Below are positions 59,501 through 64,000 of a stretch of 64,000 nt of DNA, one piece after another; the first letter of the stretch is position 1, and each line of letters begins with the position of its first letter. The position numbers were made by a program, and so were the translations under genes. Below the pieces are notes generated by a model that saw only the letters and a program-made list of their open reading frames with translations, did no database searches and had not been told where the DNA came from. Source of the DNA: a virus; the IMG/VR virus record IMGVR_UViG_3300025133_009964, positions 4,146 through 68,145 of that record; one strand, 5' to 3'.

Positions 59501-62500
59501 GGTACTGGTAGTATTTTTTATCGTCATTATGCCGGCTATGGAAGAAACTTTCCCGCAAACTCTGAAAAAATATATGATATTGATTATATCCCTGTTGCAA
59601 AACAGCGGTTGCCAGAAGTCCTAAATAGCATTGATATGGTTCAAATTCTTAACGAAGATGATGAGAATTTTCCATCGAGTAAGAATATACCAATTACATA
59701 TTTGTTGGCGATCGAAAAAAGTATGTATCAAACAGTATCAGAAGAAATTTTAAATGCATTTGGTACTATAAAAGAATTTAATAATTTTATTGGCCATCCT
59801 GTAAGTCGCTATCGTCAAGAGTACAAAGATTTAGAAAAACTTAGACAAATGTTTTTCGAAAAAGTCGAAAATACTCCAGATATAGAGAAATACCTTTCAT
59901 TTTATAAGTGGTTTGATTCTTCTATCAATAAGATGTTAGGACAATTTATTCCGGCCACTACTCTGCAAATAAGTGGATATGGGGATACAATCGAAAGTCA
60001 CATATTGGAAAGAAACAAAGTTTGGAATAAATTTCCCACACTAGAGAATAAGTTTTCTGATATAGAAGGCTCTTTGTTTGGAATTAATGAAAAGTTATAT
60101 GATTTTAATTGTGGATCCCCTCCGGTCGAATATTGGAACGATGGTACCGCCGCGACAGCAAAAAATGTTATAAACACAGTTGGTTTAACCACTCCTACTT
60201 CTGCCTCTCTTACTCTTGTTTTTCAAGATCCTCATGACCTCGACGGCGCACCAGCACCTAATTTGGATGGTGCCGTTATTATCCTTAGAGATACTGTAGG
60301 AAAATCTGTTATATTTGAATTTGATGACGGCGGCGATGGCACCGGCGACGGAATTCATTCTGATAGTGATATAGCAGTCACTAATCGTGCATTTTCTGGC
60401 GGCGGCGCCGTAGCCGGCTCAATGACCAACGCACATCTGGCTGCGTCTTTGGGATACGCGATTAATGCGAAAGAAGCCGCCGGCGATTTGAATGTTACGG
60501 CATCGATTGGTGGAACTTCAGAGACTCTTGTTATAAAGCAAACTGCTGCCGGCACCGAAGGCAACATACTTCTCGACGTCATGAATCCGGATTGGCCGTT
60601 TGTGCCCGACGACATCGTCGACGCCATCGCCGCTCTCGCCGCCGACCTCCCGGGCGCCGACCTCATCGGCGTCGCCGGGCAGCATACTATATTTCACAGT
60701 TTCTTTAATTGGTTTGTGGCATTAGGCTGGGTCTATTACGACGCCGACGGCGCTCTGCAGGATATGACTTATCCTTGCCCGGGCAACCCAGGCGATATTC
60801 CGGGTGCCAACTGTGTTCCTGTGATACTAAATCAAGAGGGCGAGTCCGTGGGTGTATCCTTTCTCGGAGGGTCCGGTAATCCATCGGAAATCAGAACATA
60901 CCAAACTATGTACTTCAAGGCGCCTGGTATAGCCGGCGGAAGTGATGAAGAAATATTTTTATTCCTGAACGAAGACAGCTCAGAGTGGAACCTCGCCGGA
61001 CAAAAAACAATATATGTGATCCGCGATGCATCCGAGGCAACAACCGCTACTAGAATTAAAGCAGTAATTAATGGAACTGATGATGCAGATTGGGATAGTG
61101 ACTATATGGCATATAGCTCTGGTATGTCAACCACAGTCGATGGCGGAACTGCTGGAATACTTGGTGTTACGGCTACGGTATCTGGTACGAGAATAACTTT
61201 AACATCAGATAAACTTGGTATTGTTGGAAACAGTATATATGTATCTAATTCCACACGAATGAGACCACACGGCCCGGGCACGAGCCCCACACCAGTCGGC
61301 GGCGGGTGGGGAGAAATTGGTGCTAACTCAACGCTTGTTAAAATTGGTAGCGCCGGCGGCCAGTATGTCCCGGCAGCTTTGTTTAATAAACAACACTTGA
61401 GAGGAGGAAGCGATCTTAGCGAATTAGAGAAATGTTTATGGTGGAAAGAGAGAGCACCTCGAAATGAGTTGCTTGCATCAAAAAATCACTATGTTAATGA
61501 AAACAAAAATAAAATTTTAGAAGTTTTAACTACAAACACAACTGCATCAGCACCTCTTTTTTCCACTGTCGATAAACAAACTTATTATGGATCTACATAT
61601 GCACTTAGAAAATTCACCAAACCATATAGATTTGATGTTGAAAGAAAAAAGATAATCCATGGCGGCCCCAATTTTGATGATAATTTAGCCCATCGCGATG
61701 TTTTCACACCAATAGCCAGAGCTGTTGATAGGCCCAACGATTACGTACAGTTTTCGTTAGATATACCATCTAGCGCCTCATATTGTGAGTGTGGCGATCC
61801 AACCCCAACAAAGAGAAAATTACCGGCTTTATTAGAAAAATATGCTAACAATATCAAAATAGAATCTGAAAGTGGTAAGTTGGATCTATTGGGGCATTTT
61901 AGTGCTTTTAGTGGTTCTTCTATCGGTGGCTATAAGAGTGGCTTTCCCGCATCTGCAAGAATAAAAGTTATTTCTGCAACCCCTGCTGATTATGAATCTG
62001 GTGATCAAACAGCCTTTACACTAGTTTCTGCTGATGGCACAACAAGAACTTACCAATTTGCCGTCGGCGGCGCCCTGGACACTGGCGATCAGCTTTCGGC
62101 AGGTTCAGCCACCATTCGCATCCAGGTCAAGGACTTGACCAGCCAAGGGGCAATTGCTACAGAAGTTAAAGATGCCATTGAAAATTCTAATGGTCATAGT
62201 ACCGCCAAGCTAACTTGTGCTTTAAGTACAGCCAGCCATGCGAGCGATACAATTATAGTGACTCAAGTTGCGCGCGGCGTTAGTGGAAATACAACAATTC
62301 CTGCTATAACAAATGGAAGTGTTAGCGAATTAACTATAAATGGTGGGATTACCGAAACTAGTTTTGCCGGAGGCGTAGGTACGAGTCTGCCTGAAAATCT
62401 AGATATAACTGATTTTCACCATGATATATATGGTCCTGATTATGAAGTTCCTATGCAGGGGCCATTCACAGAAAAATATGTTGGCGGATATCAGTATAGG

Positions 62501-64000
62501 CATGCCAATTTAAATATTGGTGCACAGGACACTTCTTATACTAGACCAGAATTCTTTTCTGCCAGTGTGGAAGCATACAAAATAAAGTTTTATAGCCCTA
62601 CCCCTTCTTTATCGGAAGCTCGACCCCCGGGTTATTGGACAAGAGAAGGGCTTGCAAAACGCCCTGTAAATATTAAGAATATTAAAAGTGTGGCTGGTAT
62701 TAATGGCACTTATGCTGCAGCAGTATTTTCAGCATCAACTTCATTAAACGCTCAAAATGGCACAGAATTGATCTTAACTGATGCTAGCGGAAAACAATGG
62801 ATATTAACAACTAAAAGTAGCCAAAGTTATGCTTTTGGCTCCGCCGGCTTCATCGGAACTGGCGCCACAATAGATACAGCAGCAAAAGCGGCCCGGGCTC
62901 TTTGGGAAGGTTTCAACGCAACGATTATCTTATCCGGTATGCCATTTGCTTTGAGTCCCGCTACATATACCGATGAGACGACGATTACATTGACCCAAAA
63001 TATGATTGGTCTTCGCGGAAACGCTTCAATAATCCTGCCGGCTCATATTACAGCAAACGGTATTGCCGGCGCCGGCCCGGGATCTTTTCAAGGTGGTACG
63101 AATGGTACTGGCTTTACAACAATGGGTAATTATAAACAAAATTATCAGGTTGTCAGTATGGTGGGCCGAGATGTTAATAATCTTTGGTATAGGGAAGAAA
63201 ATTTTGATTTTCTTGGATCGTTTTGGCCTTCATATGCACGGGCTGTTGATGTTTTGGATACTTCTACTCCCGTTGTCGGTACCGGGGTTCTTTTTAGAAT
63301 CGACGTCCCGGTAGTTGCTTGGGGTGCCGGCGTTGATATCAGTCTAATAAGATCGACAGACGCATCAGCCGAGACCGCCACGTCCGCCCAAATATATGTA
63401 ACAAAAGGTGCATCCGCCGCGGTAGATAAAACAAATATTATGTTAGCCATTAACGGATCGGGCGGCTCATCATTGGTTAAATATGGCTCTAACGCAGGAG
63501 ATATTCATACTGGTATTCATGGCGTTACCGCCATTGATGGTACTGATGATAATTTAATTACATTAGTTGCAGATCGCGGAAGCCCTGCTGGTTCTGATAT
63601 AACACTAGCTCAAGGCGATGGTAGTATCTACCAGGAAGTTGATTTTTCCGGAGGTTCTGGCGGCTCTAAATACGTTAGCAAGATAATGGATCGTACTTTA
63701 CCCTCTAGAGATACCCTAAAAGATGGAAGCAAGAATAGAACTGTTTTTGCGGAGCGATTTTCCTCTCCCGGAGGCCCCGAGACTCTTTCGCGAGGATATT
63801 TAGATCCAACTTCAGAAACCTATTCTGTGTATAATGCAATGAACTATCGCAACTCTATTGTGCGAAACCCCCTAAATCGACTGATGAGGGTTGTTGGAGA
63901 TAAATATGGAGCAGCAAATGTTAAATATGAATCATCAATAATGATTAATCAGCCACAAGATAGTCACTATGCAGAATCAGGATCATGGGGTTCTTCTTTT
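56534..64000 (+). CDS. Giant baseplate/tail protein with LamG (ConA-like) domains, >2489 aa, truncated by the window end
   Basis: Absent from the ORF track because no stop is reached; starts MSIKKLFDQ; GVTVEFWYK, WHHYAFTV, GSIDEFRFWK, LGVYYKFNEG, IYKSKG, ESHILERNK; spot checks show the frame open to the last codon. Confidence 0.8.
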   Translation, partial: MSIKKLFDQEKDLRIVSSTDAISIKEELESLDFVAEKNIDISRFVPAIDYGFPKEFAHYGLAEEYYEKSFDYIRQSYPYDGSFSERQKWHNSANNLDIFIFDKKYPRSTGYVSFSSGAAGNSGWSARSNSMRPTSYGGITIAEPTSKEYILIKGGPNTDPDYNYKSILSKANIYEDDKLRSTNLDLDFDRGVTVEFWYKGPEDNWPTGSETTDIPVIFDVWNGITGSSRSYGRMTIFFKNYKDSANPGGFMINCVSGTTNPAVGQINGCDLTSSLDKGIGTFNLFLSSSILDNEWHHYAFTVQNYLNNLNLIAYKDGHFVQDRTIAGGAVGPITLDGSPTSSGMIATIGASVAHPFATSDTDPGTLTSTNGLGWNKISGSIDEFRFWKVARTAKQIGRNFFSQVGGGTNTDINNVGLGVYYKFNEGISENISLDASILDYSGRITNGLFVGYNTSSYVQRNTGSAIVDSGYLEKTDPIIYSSHPDFKAIKAEMMASGSLWDKVNVSSMYNHFPEWVVSEDDGNKNLRNITQTMASYMDSLVAYMKALPNLRNMEYSSGSTKPIPFTNKKLESLGFSVYDLFDHATIIERFLDKDEKTTYSEKLHNIKNFIYDNIYNNLTTIYKSKGNQRSLEKLLHSMGLDEDLFKINLYVNDITYELKDTFRDTYVKKKSIDFNRQANYEATIYQWTSSADVSSLSYISGATINAETGYVAGERTYEANVYFPKLIDISTPPYRNFRQLTSSVFGGHTHKDGSVATDATWNNPDIANFQIYTVRNVVNSEKARFVLTSSLGGVISELTSSLFRVYNNEKWNLSFAMHPTKHEVYDFVEGATKVDDSANNVFKYTFRGYNINSNILENSFNLTGTISLTNGNNFLTSSIRLYAGAELQNFTGSTLNQSDVRVSSLRAYAKRLSDDELKYHAYSMENYGTINVLENIASKNKAYQDSYLSSFDTLLLNWEFSKLSGSDSSGEFSFDDVSSGSLSKYSLYGGTGSIFYRHYAGYGRNFPANSEKIYDIDYIPVAKQRLPEVLNSIDMVQILNEDDENFPSSKNIPITYLLAIEKSMYQTVSEEILNAFGTIKEFNNFIGHPVSRYRQEYKDLEKLRQMFFEKVENTPDIEKYLSFYKWFDSSINKMLGQFIPATTLQISGYGDTIESHILERNKVWNKFPTLENKFSDIEGSLFGINEKLYDFNCGSPPVEYWNDGTAATAKNVINTVGLTTPTSASLTLVFQDPHDLDGAPAPNLDGAVIILRDTVGKSVIFEFDDGGDGTGDGIHSDSDIAVTNRAFSGGGAVAGSMTNAHLAASLGYAINAKEAAGDLNVTASIGGTSETLVIKQTAAGTEGNILLDVMNPDWPFVPDDIVDAIAALAADLPGADLIGVAGQHTIFHSFFNWFVALGWVYYDADGALQDMTYPCPGNPGDIPGANCVPVILNQEGESVGVSFLGGSGNPSEIRTYQTMYFKAPGIAGGSDEEIFLFLNEDSSEWNLAGQKTIYVIRDASEATTATRIKAVINGTDDADWDSDYMAYSSGMSTTVDGGTAGILGVTATVSGTRITLTSDKLGIVGNSIYVSNSTRMRPHGPGTSPTPVGGGWGEIGANSTLVKIGSAGGQYVPAALFNKQHLRGGSDLSELEKCLWWKERAPRNELLASKNHYVNENKNKILEVLTTNTTASAPLFSTVDKQTYYGSTYALRKFTKPYRFDVERKKIIHGGPNFDDNLAHRDVFTPIARAVDRPNDYVQFSLDIPSSASYCECGDPTPTKRKLPALLEKYANNIKIESESGKLDLLGHFSAFSGSSIGGYKSGFPASARIKVISATPADYESGDQTAFTLVSADGTTRTYQFAVGGALDTGDQLSAGSATIRIQVKDLTSQGAIATEVKDAIENSNGHSTAKLTCALSTASHASDTIIVTQVARGVSGNTTIPAITNGSVSELTINGGITETSFAGGVGTSLPENLDITDFHHDIYGPDYEVPMQGPFTEKYVGGYQYRHANLNIGAQDTSYTRPEFFSASVEAYKIKFYSPTPSLSEARPPGYWTREGLAKRPVNIKNIKSVAGINGTYAAAVFSASTSLNAQNGTELILTDASGKQWILTTKSSQSYAFGSAGFIGTGATIDTAAKAARALWEGFNATIILSGMPFALSPATYTDETTITLTQNMIGLRGNASIILPAHITANGIAGAGPGSFQGGTNGTGFTTMGNYKQNYQVVSMVGRDVNNLWYREENFDFLGSFWPSYARAVDVLDTSTPVVGTGVLFRIDVPVVAWGAGVDISLIRSTDASAETATSAQIYVTKGASAAVDKTNIMLAINGSGGSSLVKYGSNAGDIHTGIHGVTAIDGTDDNLITLVADRGSPAGSDITLAQGDGSIYQEVDFSGGSGGSKYVSKIMDRTLPSRDTLKDGSKNRTVFAERFSSPGGPETLSRGYLDPTSETYSVYNAMNYRNSIVRNPLNRLMRVVGDKYGAANVKYESSIMINQPQDSHYAESGSWGSSF
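61961..62374 (+). repeat. ~410-bp dispersed repeat, copy B
   Basis: IKVISAxPADYESG..TAFTLVSADGTTRTYQFA...KDAIENSNGH...F.GG is shared with copy A. Confidence 0.9.

Noticed and set aside
54986-62374. Repeat pair as a diversity-generating retroelement TR/VR
   Set aside because: Both copies are coding, differences are not adenine-specific, and no reverse transcriptase is in the window.
264-63450. Numerous short antisense or out-of-frame ORFs in the track
   Set aside because: They lie within longer motif-bearing genes and have no RBS or recognisable domains.
56534-64000. Apparent 7.5-kb non-coding region or stop-codon recoding
   Set aside because: It is one open + frame that lacks a stop within the window; TAA, TAG and TGA all terminate genes normally elsewhere.

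Overview
This 64 kb window looks like part of an AT-rich, large tailed phage with a T4-like myovirus baseplate and the standard genetic code. Almost all genes are on the + strand. From left to right: (i) a secreted Cys-repeat/VWA protein; (ii) at 2.6-10 kb, an array of nine unrelated enzyme or effector genes that all begin with the same ~14-residue leader (MKLLLENWRKYLxE), resembling a capsid-targeting, prohead-protease-cleaved signal; its cargo includes Nudix, PGDYG, 2H phosphoesterase, P-loop kinase, zincin, protein kinase, TMEM65-like, ParB/Srx-like and ART-like domains; (iii) a HAD nucleotidase, a nucleotidyltransferase, acidic head-like proteins and a ligase-like/cytidylyltransferase fusion; (iv) a complete tmRNA with a sigma70 promoter; (v) a protease, PIN-PhoH and a Cas4-like nuclease; (vi) a 12-gene glycosylation island; (vii) a phage sigma factor; (viii) a baseplate/tail module with an esterase-lysozyme spike protein, a 3786-aa protein, gp25- and gp6-like wedge proteins, and a >2489-aa LamG protein that runs off the window and carries inserted, partly duplicated modules. 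The best candidate for a new system is the leader-tagged cargo array, which may include a virion-delivered RNA-repair kit. All calls come from reading motifs by eye; no database searches were run.
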